From Candidatus Latescibacterota bacterium (GTDB lineage Bacteria; Latescibacterota; UBA2968; UBA8231): a DNA stretch of 64,000 bases. The notes beneath the pieces were generated by a model that saw only the letters and a list, made by a program, of their open reading frames with translations, ran no database searches and was not told the origin of the DNA. Each line of letters starts with the position of its first letter. Positions within the stretch are counted from its first letter, which is position 1. The translations under genes and the position numbers were made by a program. Positions 26,196 through 36,864 of the stretch are shown piece after piece. The stretch lies in NCBI GenBank assembly GCA_965221775.1, contig CBDCSU010000005.1, forward strand, positions 672,001 through 736,000, in the 5' to 3' direction.

Positions 26196-29159
26196 ATGAG
26201 CAAGCTCCCCTTTCTGCTATTGATCCTGACCTGCGGGGCCGTCTGGGCCCAGCCGAAGGGCCATATCGAGGGGGCGGTCACAGGGGAGGATGGGGAAGTT
26301 CTGCACGGCGCCAGCATCGCCGTACGAGGACCCACCCTGCCGGACAGGACCGGCAGCATCTCCAACGAGGAGGGGCGGTTCCGCATCGCCTTGCCCGCGG
26401 GTACCTACGAGTTGGAGATCACCCACGTCGGCTACAGGACCGAAGAGCGGCAAGACGTGCGGGTGCGGCCCGGTGAGGCGACGCAGCTGAGAGTCACGCT
26501 CGTGGAGGAGGTCCTCTACCTCGGACAGGAGGTGGTCACCGCCTCGCGCCGGCAGGAGAAGATCCTCGACGCGCCGGCCTCGGTGTCCGTGGTCGAGGGC
26601 CGGGATGTGCGCAACAAGCCGGCCCTGACCGTGGCCGATCACGTGAAGGAGCTGCCGGCGGTGGACTTCGCCCAGACGGGACTGGCGAACAACATGGTGG
26701 TGGTGCGCGGCTTCAACAACATCTTCTCCGGTTCCCTGCTCACCCTGACCGACAACCGCATCGCGCGCGTGCCCTCCCTGCGGGTGAACGCCATGAACTT
26801 CATCCCTCTCGTCAACGAGGACGTGGAGCGGATCGAGGTCGTCCTGGGGCCGGGGTCGGCCCTCTATGGTCCCAACAGCGCCGACGGGGTGATGCACGTC
26901 ATCACCCGCTCTCCCCTCACCTCGCAGGGCACGAACCTGTACCTGGGGGTGGGCGAGCGCAGTCTGCGCAAGACGTCGATGCGCCACGCCGGCACGGTGG
27001 GGGACGGCCTGGGCTACAAGATCTCGGCGCGCTACTACACCGGCACGGAGTGGGAGTACACCGACCCGGAGGAGGTGAAGGCGCGGGCCCAGAGACAGGC
27101 GGATATCGACGCCGGCGCCGACCTGCCGCCCCTGAAGGAGCGCGACCCCGACACCCGCAACCGCAGCATCGAGGCGCGCCTGGACTGGCGGGCTTCCGAC
27201 GACCTGACGGCCATCCTGTCGGCGGGGCACAACAAGGCGAGCATCCTCGGGCTCACCGGCGTAGGGGGCTCGCAGACGATCGGCTGGCAGTACAACTACA
27301 CGCAGCTGCGCCTGCTCTACGGCGACTGGTTCCTCCAGGCCTTCCGCAACTGGAGCGACGCCGGCGGCTCGTACCTGCTGCGCACGGGCGTGCCCGTCGT
27401 CGACCGGTCGTCGCTGACCGTGCTTCAGGCGCAGCACACCTCCACCCTCGGCCGGCGGCAGCGCTTCACTTACGGCGTCGACGCCCTGCTGACGCGGCCC
27501 GACACGGACGGCACCATCATGGGCCGCAACGAGGAGGACGACGGACTCGACGAGATCGGCGGCTACGTGCAGAGCGAGACCTCCCTCGGCGAGCCGTTGG
27601 ACCTGGTCCTGGCCCTGCGCTACGACTACCACAGCCGCCTCGCCGACCCCGAGCTGTCGCCCCGGGCCGCCCTGGTCTACAAGCCGCGGGAGGCCCAGAC
27701 CCTGCGGCTGACCTACAACCGCGCCTTCAGCACCCCCACGTCGAACAACCTCTACCTCGACCTGCAGACGAGCCGGGATCCCTTCGGCCTGGGGCCCACC
27801 TTCTCGCCTCTCTTCGCGGCCCTCGGCCTGGGGGAGTTCCGGTCCATCGACGTCTGGACCCAGGGGAACTACCGGAGCGGCGGCTACGGTTTCACCTTCC
27901 GGCGGGACGAGAACGGGCGGCCCCTGTTCCGCTCGCCCTTCGCGCCCATGGCGGGCCTGCCCGCCGACCAGTACCTGCCTCTGAACGACCCGCGGTTCAC
28001 CAACGTCATGTGGGGGATCGGCCGCCAGGCGGTGCTGGACGGGCTCGATCCCGTCTTCCGGCAACTGGCCGCCGACGCTCTGATGGCCCGGGGCATGAGC
28101 GCCGAGGAGGCCCGGGCGGCGGCCGGACAGCTGGCGGCGGCCCTGCCCGGCATCGTGCCCGAGCAGCTGCCCGGCCTGCGCAACCGGCTGGGCCGTCTGA
28201 ACATCGAGACCGAGCCTCTCGGCGAGGAGCCCGATCCGGATCGAGAGTCCTTCTTCTTCGTGGAGGCCGACGGCGTCACGCCCGTCACCGCCCACGACGT
28301 GCCGCGCATCCGCTCGGCCATCACCCAGACCTTCGAGATCGGCTACAAGGGCGTGGTGGCCGACAAGGTGGTGGTGGCTGCCGACCTGTACCACTCGAAG
28401 GTGGAGAACTACGTGGGATCCGTGTCGGTGGAAACCCCCAATGTCTTCCTCGATCCCGGGAGCCTGGGCCAGGCCCTGGGCGAAGGGATCGGACAGGCCC
28501 TGGCCGACCCGGACAACGCCGAACTGGCCGCGGCCCTGGCGGCCCTCGACGCGGCGCAGGTGCCGGGGCTGGTGCAGGGCAATGACAACGGCACGCCCGT
28601 GGACGAGCTGGCCGGCCTCCTCACGGCGGGGGCGGCGGCGATTCCCTACGGCACGGTCTCGCCCGAGGAGGCTTCCGATCCCTACGCGATGGTAATGAGC
28701 TACCGCAACTTCGAAGCGGTGACCATCCGCGGCCTCGACTTGAGCCTTGCCTGGTACCCCGCCGACCGGTGGCGGCTCACGGGGAGCTACTCCTTCGTGG
28801 ACGACAACTGGTTCGAGAATCTGAAGTACGCCGGCGTCGAGGGCGGCGCCGACGTCGCCCTCAACGCCCCCCGGCACAAGACCAAGCTGGGGATCGACTA
28901 CGACTTCGCCGACCTCGGACTGACCGTGGGCGGCCGCATGCGCTACACCGATTCCTTCCCCATGAGCTCGGGGGTGTACGCGGGCACGGTGGAGAGCTAC
29001 ACGGTGCTGGACCTCAACCTGACGTACCGGCTTCCCTTGGAGCAGGATCTGGTGCTGCAGGTGGATGCGAGCAATGTGCTGGACCAGCCCTACCAGTCCT
29101 TCGTCGGCGCCCCGGAGGTGGGGCGGCTGGTCTTCGGGCAGGTGGGGCTGCGGTTCTGA
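26196..29159 (+). CDS. TonB-dependent receptor with N-terminal carboxypeptidase-regulatory-like domain
   Basis: Signal peptide; VVTASR, RIEVVLGPGSALYG plug motif; C-terminal GLRF. Confidence 0.95.
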   Translation: MSKLPFLLLILTCGAVWAQPKGHIEGAVTGEDGEVLHGASIAVRGPTLPDRTGSISNEEGRFRIALPAGTYELEITHVGYRTEERQDVRVRPGEATQLRVTLVEEVLYLGQEVVTASRRQEKILDAPASVSVVEGRDVRNKPALTVADHVKELPAVDFAQTGLANNMVVVRGFNNIFSGSLLTLTDNRIARVPSLRVNAMNFIPLVNEDVERIEVVLGPGSALYGPNSADGVMHVITRSPLTSQGTNLYLGVGERSLRKTSMRHAGTVGDGLGYKISARYYTGTEWEYTDPEEVKARAQRQADIDAGADLPPLKERDPDTRNRSIEARLDWRASDDLTAILSAGHNKASILGLTGVGGSQTIGWQYNYTQLRLLYGDWFLQAFRNWSDAGGSYLLRTGVPVVDRSSLTVLQAQHTSTLGRRQRFTYGVDALLTRPDTDGTIMGRNEEDDGLDEIGGYVQSETSLGEPLDLVLALRYDYHSRLADPELSPRAALVYKPREAQTLRLTYNRAFSTPTSNNLYLDLQTSRDPFGLGPTFSPLFAALGLGEFRSIDVWTQGNYRSGGYGFTFRRDENGRPLFRSPFAPMAGLPADQYLPLNDPRFTNVMWGIGRQAVLDGLDPVFRQLAADALMARGMSAEEARAAAGQLAAALPGIVPEQLPGLRNRLGRLNIETEPLGEEPDPDRESFFFVEADGVTPVTAHDVPRIRSAITQTFEIGYKGVVADKVVVAADLYHSKVENYVGSVSVETPNVFLDPGSLGQALGEGIGQALADPDNAELAAALAALDAAQVPGLVQGNDNGTPVDELAGLLTAGAAAIPYGTVSPEEASDPYAMVMSYRNFEAVTIRGLDLSLAWYPADRWRLTGSYSFVDDNWFENLKYAGVEGGADVALNAPRHKTKLGIDYDFADLGLTVGGRMRYTDSFPMSSGVYAGTVESYTVLDLNLTYRLPLEQDLVLQVDASNVLDQPYQSFVGAPEVGRLVFGQVGLRF

Positions 29160-29243
29160 GGGCGGTGGTACACCGAAAATCAAGAAGGCGAGGGGGCGGG
29201 TGTATCGGTTACTCCCAACGGAGTCTGACTCTCCGCTTCCTGG

Positions 29244-30458
29244 TCATTCACCGACAGCTTCATCGACCGTACTTGCCCACTCTTGTAACTTGCCTGCTAG
29301 TTCATCAGCTACCTTCTCACCTTCCATTGACTTTCTTGTATTTTCCTCAGAGTAGAGATCATATGTTTGTTCAATCAAGGACGAACCGCTATTGGTCCAT
29401 TTCCTCGTACGCTCCCCTAGACGCTCGTCGAATCTACCCTTGAAGTCGTCGACGGGCTCATCGTCCGGGAGGTGAACCTTTATTCTGTCATGCAAGATAC
29501 ACACGCCCACATCCCACCCTGCGCGGTTTGTCTTGGGCCATGCCTGTCTTCTCATTCCCAAGTATATCTCAGGGTCAAGGTAAGAGAAGACGTCCCAGTC
29601 ATGACTCTTGCACCATTCCTCAAGGCGTCTCTCGGTTCCTTTCAGGACTCTCTGGACCAATTTGGTCCTGATTTGAGGCATCGCCTTTTCGACCTCAAGA
29701 GCAAGAGCCAAGTGCTTTCCCTCCGGATCGTTCAGGATGAAGTCTACAGTCGTATCAACAATGACGTTTTGGGCCATGGCTTGGTTCTCCTTGAACATCC
29801 GTTGGATGTATTCCAGCAGGTCCTGCAGAAACCAGCGAACCCGTTCGGCTTCACATTCCCTCCAACACTGCTCGATCCAACCTTCTACAGAACCCCCATT
29901 CCCGATCTTCCGGTATGGCACCGTCCTGGAGAAATCCATCAGGCTTTCTGGTAACTGCGGATCACTGCCGTCGCCGCTCAAATACAGCATCCTGGCGGTT
30001 CCGCCATTCCGAGCTCTGTCTCCCAGATCCTTCAAGTAGTCTTGGACCTGACTCTCGCCTTCCACCGCCCAAGGCTTGTTCTCGATCCCGATCCAGTGGT
30101 TGCCAGGCATCTCAAGGACGATATCGATCCTACGCCTCTCTTGCGTCGAGTACTCAAGGTGGACCGTTCGTACACTTGTGAGGTCTCCGTAGGAGAAGTC
30201 GGGTAACGTCTCTTTCAGGAAAAGGGACAGGAATCGATCACCTTGGCCATGTGCCCCCGAGGGGTCCAGCAGACCGCCAAAGATGCGTGACAGGTGGACT
30301 TCCCGCACACGGCTATCCGAGCTTGAGCGGAAGAAGTCAAGGGTGGAGAACTTCGTCGCCGCTCTCCGATCCATCTCCCTCTGCGCTCGCCTGGCAATCT
30401 CGACCGCCGGTGCGAGACCGGAGAAGAAGGCCGTCAAATGAGTCCTGTGCGCTTCCAT
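29244..30458 (-). CDS. PD-(D/E)XK nuclease family protein (PDDEXK_4-like)
   Basis: ATG 30458; LLDPSGAHGQGD.FL, RRIDI, IGIENK, QVQDY; A/T-richer than the flanks. Confidence 0.85.
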   Translation of the reverse strand: MEAHRTHLTAFFSGLAPAVEIARRAQREMDRRAATKFSTLDFFRSSSDSRVREVHLSRIFGGLLDPSGAHGQGDRFLSLFLKETLPDFSYGDLTSVRTVHLEYSTQERRRIDIVLEMPGNHWIGIENKPWAVEGESQVQDYLKDLGDRARNGGTARMLYLSGDGSDPQLPESLMDFSRTVPYRKIGNGGSVEGWIEQCWRECEAERVRWFLQDLLEYIQRMFKENQAMAQNVIVDTTVDFILNDPEGKHLALALEVEKAMPQIRTKLVQRVLKGTERRLEEWCKSHDWDVFSYLDPEIYLGMRRQAWPKTNRAGWDVGVCILHDRIKVHLPDDEPVDDFKGRFDERLGERTRKWTNSGSSLIEQTYDLYSEENTRKSMEGEKVADELAGKLQEWASTVDEAVGE

Positions 30459-30754
30459 CGACCTACTGACCCTCCCGAAGTACACGAGGAGATTCTGCAA
30501 CTCGGTCTCTCGTGCTGCCCAGCGCCGGCACCTGAGCGGTTCCAAGCACAAATGCATACGCAAAATTAAGGGGGCGCACAACCCAGTGCCAATTCCTGCC
30601 AGCCACCACTCTTCAGACTCCCTGCACCCAAGACACAGAGCCGCTCCCCCGGGATGATGGCCCTCGCCCTCCACCATCGCACTCCCGCGTCAGCAGATCC
30701 CGATAGGATCCTGGATGAGGAAGCGCACTCTCGCGATAGTCGGCGCTGCAAACC

Positions 30755-31207
30755 CTACAGAAAGAAAGTGTCCTCGACCTCGAAGACCGCGCCCTTGGCG
30801 GTCTCGAACCTCAGCTTCATCCTGGCGTTTGTATCGCTGCCGTACTGGGGCACCTCGGCTCCGGCGACGATGATCACATGTCCCCACAGTTCGCCGCCCA
30901 GCAGGGTCTCGTACTTCTTGAAGTCCGACTTCTCCACTTCGTACGACTCCTGGAAGTAGACCCTGTTCGGGTTCTCATAGTCGACGAAGGTCACCCTCAG
31001 CGTGCCGTCGGCCGAGGCGTAGGCCAGGTCCTTGTCCTGGAGGGCATACTGGATCTTGTAGCCGCCGCCCTCCTTGGTGACGAGCACGCGGGTCATCAGG
31101 GCCGGGGTCCCGCCGGGGGCCTCCAGCTCCAGCAGTTTCGACACGCCGCAACCAGCGGTCAGCGACAGCACGGTGAATGCGAGCACTCCCTTGGCAAGTG
31201 AGTTCAT
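30755..31207 (-). CDS. Hypothetical lipoprotein
   Basis: ATG 31207 coupled to the upstream stop; lipobox LTAGC. Confidence 0.75.
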   Translation of the reverse strand: MNSLAKGVLAFTVLSLTAGCGVSKLLELEAPGGTPALMTRVLVTKEGGGYKIQYALQDKDLAYASADGTLRVTFVDYENPNRVYFQESYEVEKSDFKKYETLLGGELWGHVIIVAGAEVPQYGSDTNARMKLRFETAKGAVFEVEDTFFL

Positions 31208-31740
31208 CGCGCCACCAGCACGGCCAGGTGGATGAGCATCTCCCCCTGAGAAAACTCCAGCGCTGCGCTCAGCAGGTCCCCGTAGCGATCCTGGATCAGC
31301 AGCGCGCCTTCGACGACGGCGAGGACCGGCGTCTCCAGCTCTTCCGATTCGGGTACGATCGATACGTCCGACACGAGCAGATAGTCGAGGGGCATGTAGA
31401 GCTCGATCTCGGAATCCAGATCGGTGGCCTTGAGGTAGAGAGCCCGGAAGCTCGCCGGGGTGATGCGGTCGTCCTCTATGAGGATGAAGCCGTCCTCGTC
31501 GTAGAGGAAGGCGGTCAGCCGCCGCTCGATGAGGGTCCCTTCTCCGGGCGGGCCCATCTCTCCTTGCGGACCGGCCTCGCCCCGGGGTCCCGCTTCGCCC
31601 TGGGGTCCGGCTTCGCCCCGCGCCCCGGTTTCCCCCGGCGGCCCCTGGGGCCCTGCCGGTCCCATCGGTCCTTCCGGACCCTGGCAGGCGAGAAGGAAGA
31701 GGGCGGATAGAACGAACGTGGAGACAACTCTGCTTCGCAT
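31204..31740 (-). CDS. Collagen-like lipoprotein
   Basis: ATG 31740 with AGGAGG; lipobox LLAC followed by 16 Gly-X-Y triplets. Confidence 0.85.
   Translation of the reverse strand: MRSRVVSTFVLSALFLLACQGPEGPMGPAGPQGPPGETGARGEAGPQGEAGPRGEAGPQGEMGPPGEGTLIERRLTAFLYDEDGFILIEDDRITPASFRALYLKATDLDSEIELYMPLDYLLVSDVSIVPESEELETPVLAVVEGALLIQDRYGDLLSAALEFSQGEMLIHLAVLVAR
31537..31680 (-). repeat. Gly-X-Y collagen repeat tract
   Basis: [48 protein letters not shown]. Confidence 0.9.
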
Positions 31741-31772
31741 CTGCGGCACCTCCTGTTTTCGGGTTCGGAGAG

Positions 31773-31810
31773 AACCTGCACGGGAGGTGCGACAGATCGC
31801 GTCGTGGCCT
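31773..31810 (-). promoter_or_regulatory. WYL-type promoter box upstream of the collagen-like lipoprotein
   Basis: Minus strand ACGAC-N7-GTCGC-N10-CAGGTT; 32/38 identical to 45481-45518. Confidence 0.7.
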
Positions 31811-31824
31811 GCCCCAGAACGGCA

Positions 31825-31860
31825 ATCGGCCGGCCCGAGAGTCGACTCGAGCCGGCCGAT
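31825..31860 (-). terminator. Stem-loop downstream of the DUF4377 gene
   Basis: 15-bp stem (one G-U pair on the minus strand), 6-nt loop, no strong U tract. Confidence 0.4.
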
Positions 31861-31888
31861 GGTCACGCGCGGGGGATAAGGGGGCGGA

Positions 31889-32686
31889 TCACTCCTTGAG
31901 CGTGCTCTCCAGCGTCTCCAGCCAGCGGTAGCCGTGGGCGGGGACCTCGGGTGACCCGGTCGTCGTGCCATCAAGGAACATGGTGAATCTCTCGACGCGG
32001 AGGCGGTAGCTGTAGTCGTGCAAGGGATGGAAGCCCACGATCTGACCGCGGAAGGGGGCGCCGTTGACGACTTTGCAGTACCCGGGATAGCCGTCGCCGC
32101 ACTCGACCCGGTGCCGATCCACGGTGATCTCCTCTTCCGCGCCCGATGCTTCGGTCCTCGAGGTGATCTCACTCAGCACGTAGCGGCCATCGGAATACCT
32201 GCCGGCCTCGAGGACGTAGTGGTAGCCGGCTTCGTATTCGAAGCTGGTGATCATGTCGTCGTACGGGGCGCCGTCCACCACCATGCAGAAGTCGTCGCTG
32301 CGGTAGCAGATCACCCGCGCCGGGCCCACGGACAGGGTTGCAAGGGTGGATGGGGCCGGGGTCTTCTCCAGTTGCTCCAGCAGGCGGTATGCGTAGCGGC
32401 CGGCGTCCTGGGGCGGTTCGCCGCCGCCCCAGGGGTCGTACTTGCCGATCCGCAGGCGATAGTCGTACCCGGGCTCGTACTCGAAGCCCTCGATGCCGTC
32501 GTAGAAGAACTCGCCGTCCACCAACATGCAGGACTGCAGGCCCACGCCGTAGCACTTGGCCAGGGTGGGGCCGACGGTCACCTCCCGTGTCTCGAGGTAC
32601 TCGCCTTCGTCCGGGTCCGTCGAACGGTCACAGCCGGCCAGGAGCAGGGCCGGCAGGAGGAGAGGGGTGATGCATCTGGTGGGCAT
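31889..32686 (-). CDS. Lipoprotein with three tandem DUF4377-like domains
   Basis: Lipobox LAGC; three units of C..C.xVxG..I.GF.YE.GY.Y.L. Confidence 0.75.
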   Translation of the reverse strand: MPTRCITPLLLPALLLAGCDRSTDPDEGEYLETREVTVGPTLAKCYGVGLQSCMLVDGEFFYDGIEGFEYEPGYDYRLRIGKYDPWGGGEPPQDAGRYAYRLLEQLEKTPAPSTLATLSVGPARVICYRSDDFCMVVDGAPYDDMITSFEYEAGYHYVLEAGRYSDGRYVLSEITSRTEASGAEEEITVDRHRVECGDGYPGYCKVVNGAPFRGQIVGFHPLHDYSYRLRVERFTMFLDGTTTGSPEVPAHGYRWLETLESTLKE

Positions 32687-32862
32687 TGGGGCCTCCTATA
32701 CTCACACTATGACTCTCACGGTGGATCAGGGCAAGCGGATGGCGCCATTTGCCACGACCGCAGGGCAGAGCCCGGTCCGAGGTTCTGTGTCCCTGCAATC
32801 CATGAAGTTCCTTGACCAAGGACCCCGCACGGTGCTGATTCTTCCTCCCCGACCAAGCACAG

Positions 32863-34503
32863 TTGAACCCCTGCCCGCCCTTGGTCCAGGCCTGGCAGAG
32901 AACCGGGATCCTCTCCGTGAAACCAAGCCCTGACCGCTGCCTCCAGGAGAAGCGGAGCATCTCTTCTCCCCCAGCCGAGGTCAGGACGAGGCGCCTGAAG
33001 CTCTACGCCATTGCGGCGGCTTGTCCCTGCCTCGCCTCCCTCTGTGGCTGCACCGACGGGAGCCTGTCTCCATCCCCCGAGTCTCCATACTCGCTGGAGA
33101 TCATCGCACCGGAGCGCGCCAGAGTCGGTGAATCCCTGCCGGTCGTAGTTCGGGCCACGGATGGCGAGGGCCGCCTCGACCCAGGGGTGAATGTCGAGGA
33201 TCGGATCCGCTCGGAAGGAGAGATCGAGGCCATTGCGTTGAAGAAAGGTCTGGGCTCGGCTTCCCTGGTAGCTCGCGACAACGGCACTGGACGCCTCTCC
33301 CTGGAAGTGGCGGGAACATCAAGAGTCGTCTCCATGCCGGATTCGATCCCCGTATTGGAGTACTCGGGACAGCTGGAGCCGGGCGACCATCAATGGGACC
33401 GGTCCAGGGACCGTTACGTTCCCGGACACCTGGTCGTCCCCGCCGGAGCCACCCTGTCCATAGACGAAGGAACGCGCATCCTCCTTGGCCCCCTGGCCAA
33501 TATCACCGTTCACGGCCGCTTGCTCGCCCGCGGAACCCTGAGGCGCCCCATCGTGTACCTGGCCAAGGAGCGGAACAGACCCTGGGGAGGCATCGAGGTG
33601 GACGAGGGAACCGCCGAATTCACCCATACCTTCTTTGTCAACGGCGGGGCAGATGCCGGGAGAGTCTTCGGCCATTCGAACAGTCAGCCCGTTCTCATGG
33701 CTCGGAGGGCGGAGGTAGCCCTGTCGGCCTGCTTCTTCCTCGACAACCCAGGCAAGGCCCTCGGGGCCTGGGAGAGTCACGTCACTGTCGACCGGTGCCT
33801 CATGACACGGTGCGACACCGGGGGGGAATTCTCCAGGAGTGTCGTCCTCATTTCCTCTTCCCACGTCATCGACATTCCCAACGGCGACGGCATCCCCGTG
33901 GATGACGACAATGACGGCCTCTACTTTCACTCCGTCCATCCCCATGATGCCACTCCCTCCATGGTGAGGGACTCCTTTCTCATCACCGGGAAGGACGACG
34001 CCATAGATCACAACGGCGCCCTTCTCGAAGTCCGCAACTGCTGGCTGGAAGGGTTTGCCAATGAGGGGCTGGCCGCATCCAACGCCAATTGGGTCAGGAT
34101 CTTCAACACCGTGGTCAGGGGATGCGGCCAGGGCATCGAAGCGGGCTACGGATCCCCCCGGGTCATGGTCGACCATTGCGTAGTCGTAGAGAACGAGGTG
34201 GGACTGCGCTTCGGAGACTCCTATGACTGGGGAGCCCAGGGCCGGATGGTCGTGTCGAACTCAATCGTCTACGACAATGCCGACAATGTCCTCAACCACG
34301 ACCGGAAGACCGGCCAGCCGGTGCCGGGGGGCATCACCATCACCTACAGCCTGGTGGAAGACGCCGAGCTCGATTCGTCGGCCACGGTCTGGCCGGAGAG
34401 GCCCATCTTCGACGAGGACTTCTTCCTTCTGCCATCCTCGCCAGGCAAGGGCCAAGGTATGGATGGCACGGATATCGGCCTGGTCGATCCCTCGGGTCCC
34501 TGA
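32863..34503 (+). CDS. Right-handed beta-helix protein, probably a lipoprotein (start uncertain, possibly ~32995)
   Basis: Lipobox-like LCGC; PWGGI, DDNDGL, KDDAID, GIEAGYG, SNSIVYDN, SPGKG..DGTDIG. Confidence 0.75.
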   Translation: MNPCPPLVQAWQRTGILSVKPSPDRCLQEKRSISSPPAEVRTRRLKLYAIAAACPCLASLCGCTDGSLSPSPESPYSLEIIAPERARVGESLPVVVRATDGEGRLDPGVNVEDRIRSEGEIEAIALKKGLGSASLVARDNGTGRLSLEVAGTSRVVSMPDSIPVLEYSGQLEPGDHQWDRSRDRYVPGHLVVPAGATLSIDEGTRILLGPLANITVHGRLLARGTLRRPIVYLAKERNRPWGGIEVDEGTAEFTHTFFVNGGADAGRVFGHSNSQPVLMARRAEVALSACFFLDNPGKALGAWESHVTVDRCLMTRCDTGGEFSRSVVLISSSHVIDIPNGDGIPVDDDNDGLYFHSVHPHDATPSMVRDSFLITGKDDAIDHNGALLEVRNCWLEGFANEGLAASNANWVRIFNTVVRGCGQGIEAGYGSPRVMVDHCVVVENEVGLRFGDSYDWGAQGRMVVSNSIVYDNADNVLNHDRKTGQPVPGGITITYSLVEDAELDSSATVWPERPIFDEDFFLLPSSPGKGQGMDGTDIGLVDPSGP

Positions 34504-34521
34504 ATCTCCACGCCCACCCGG

Positions 34522-36762
34522 ATGCCGGTTCGCCTGATTCAACAGCTCCGGGGCAAGGTGGGCCGCCCTGCTTCTTCCGTCCTGGGCGCCTTGCTGGCCC
34601 TTTCCACCAACCTTCCAGCGCCGGCCCAGGAGGGCGGGATCGAGGAGTACCACATAACCTGCGATCCCGACAGCTTCTCCTACATCTACGAGAACTGGAA
34701 GCGCGACCACTACGTCCCGATACACCTCACCCATCGCGGACGGACCTGGCGCGACGCGGAGATGCGAATCCGCGGCGACAGCTCCAGGGAGCTGCCCAAG
34801 AAATCACTCAAGATCCGCTTCCCCTCCACGCCCTTCCATGACGGCAATGACAGGATCAACTTCAACGCCGAATACCTGGACCCCAGCTATCTGCGAACGG
34901 TCCTGACCAGTCGCCTCTTCAGGGACACTCGACACCCGGCCTTCCTGGCCGAACATGCGCGCCTCTTCCTCAACGGAGCCTTTCTCGGCCTCTATGTGAA
35001 GGTTGAGAACATGGATGAGCACTTTCTCAGGCGCAATCGACTGCACAGGGGCGGCAATCTCTACAAGGCGACTCTCGATGGAGCCTGTCTGAGCACGATG
35101 GATGACGCCAACCACCATTGGGAGAAGAAAACCAATGAGAGTGAGGACCGCGAAGACCTGCGCAACTTGATCTTTCTCATCAACGCGGTCCCGGACAAGG
35201 AGTACCTGAACTTCTCGCACAGCTATCTCGCGTACGACGGGATGGTCAATATCATCGCCCTGAACATGCTCCTTTCCAACGGCAGCACCTACTACCACAA
35301 TTACTACATGTTCCATGACATCATGGGCACCGGGAAGTGGTCCATGTTTCCCTGGGACACGGACCGGACCTTCAGCCGCTACGGCTGGAACCTGCCATAC
35401 CATCAAAGCGGCCAGCCCCGGCACCTGCACCGTTGGGACAATCCCTTCCTCGAGCGGGCTCTTCAGGACGAGACGATACTTGGCGACATCAGGAGTCGCA
35501 TTGACCAGTTGAGCCTGACCTGGTTTTCTCCGGGGCACCTCTTCCCCATCATGGACAGCCTGGAGGTCCTCCTCGAGTCCACCATTCCTCTCGACAGGGC
35601 AGACGACGTGGCCGGCCTTGCGCAGTGGAGAAGCCACATGGCGGAGGACCGTGCGTACATCGAATCGCGTCATTCCCGTCTCGAGCGACAGTTCGAGGAT
35701 TGGCCGTCTCCCTTTGGCACCCTTCCCCTGCGCTGGATCGAGGATGACCCCTGGCTGGCGTGGCGGTCCTCCGAAGGGGCCTCCACCTACACCCTCAAGT
35801 ACGGCAAGGATCCGCAGTTCCTGGACAGCGACGTCCGGGTGGCAGAGGGCTTGACGGACACCGCTTTCGCCCTGCCCCCGGGATTGCCCCCAGGACGGTA
35901 CTTCTGGAACGTGGAGGCGATCAACAGTCACGGCTCCATGGTCGCCTTCGACAGCCGATCCACCTTTGCTCTGCCCCGGAGGCCGGTACCGGGTGAGCGC
36001 CCGGTGATGATCAACGAGCTCAACTATCACTCTGCCGACGACTTCGACCCGGGAGACTGGGTGGAATTGCACAACCCCCACGCCCGGTCTCTCGATCTCT
36101 CCGGGTGGTATCTCAAGGACGGCAGGGAAGATCATGTCTTCTTCCTTCCCCGTTCCACCTTCATCGTCGGAAAAGGCTACCTGGTCCTGTGCCAGGAGAA
36201 GGAGGACTTCCTGGCCCTCTTCCCCGAGGTGGAGGCCTGCCTGGGGGGGTGGGACTTCGGCCTCGGGCGCTACGCGGAATCGGTCCGGCTCTTCGACGCC
36301 GGCGGCAACCTTGTCGACTCTCTCACGTACGGCAGCGAGGCTCCCTGGCCGTCCGAAGCCAACGGGACAGGCTCCACCCTGCAACTCGTCGACCCCGGCC
36401 TGGACAACTCCCTCGCAGCCAACTGGGGGTTCTCCGGACCCTACGGGACCCCGGGAGCATCCAATGCTCCCGTCTCCCTGGAGCCGGGAGTGGCCCTGAG
36501 GAGCTATCCCAACCCCTTTGGCCGGTCGGTTACTCTCCTGTTTGCTCTCCAGGAGGGCGCACGATGCAGCGTCGCGATTGTTGACATCCGTGGAGCGGAG
36601 GTGGCCAAGTTGGTGGATGAGTGGAGGCCGGCAGGTCTTCATCAGGTCGACTGGGATGGATACGACGGGGAGGGGAAACGGGCGGCCAGCGGCGTGTATC
36701 TGGCGCGCCTGAGCCTGGCAACGGGAAGTGTCAAGAGCTCCAAGGTGGTCCTGCTGAGGTAG
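34522..36762 (+). CDS. CotH-family kinase + lamin-tail domain + FlgD-Ig C-terminal sorting domain
   Basis: IRGDSSR, KKSLKI, NAEYLDPSYLR, GNLYK, HNYY, PWDTD; INELNY..DWVELHN..GTPG; YPNPF..WDG..SGVY. Confidence 0.9.
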   Translation: MPVRLIQQLRGKVGRPASSVLGALLALSTNLPAPAQEGGIEEYHITCDPDSFSYIYENWKRDHYVPIHLTHRGRTWRDAEMRIRGDSSRELPKKSLKIRFPSTPFHDGNDRINFNAEYLDPSYLRTVLTSRLFRDTRHPAFLAEHARLFLNGAFLGLYVKVENMDEHFLRRNRLHRGGNLYKATLDGACLSTMDDANHHWEKKTNESEDREDLRNLIFLINAVPDKEYLNFSHSYLAYDGMVNIIALNMLLSNGSTYYHNYYMFHDIMGTGKWSMFPWDTDRTFSRYGWNLPYHQSGQPRHLHRWDNPFLERALQDETILGDIRSRIDQLSLTWFSPGHLFPIMDSLEVLLESTIPLDRADDVAGLAQWRSHMAEDRAYIESRHSRLERQFEDWPSPFGTLPLRWIEDDPWLAWRSSEGASTYTLKYGKDPQFLDSDVRVAEGLTDTAFALPPGLPPGRYFWNVEAINSHGSMVAFDSRSTFALPRRPVPGERPVMINELNYHSADDFDPGDWVELHNPHARSLDLSGWYLKDGREDHVFFLPRSTFIVGKGYLVLCQEKEDFLALFPEVEACLGGWDFGLGRYAESVRLFDAGGNLVDSLTYGSEAPWPSEANGTGSTLQLVDPGLDNSLAANWGFSGPYGTPGASNAPVSLEPGVALRSYPNPFGRSVTLLFALQEGARCSVAIVDIRGAEVAKLVDEWRPAGLHQVDWDGYDGEGKRAASGVYLARLSLATGSVKSSKVVLLR

Positions 36763-36864
36763 TGGCCGGCCTCCGGGTGGACGCCAAGGAGGTTCCATGG
36801 TACTCTTGAAGCGCCTTCCCTCCTTCCACGCCATAGCGAGCGGCCCTTAGGGAGTCATTGTCTG

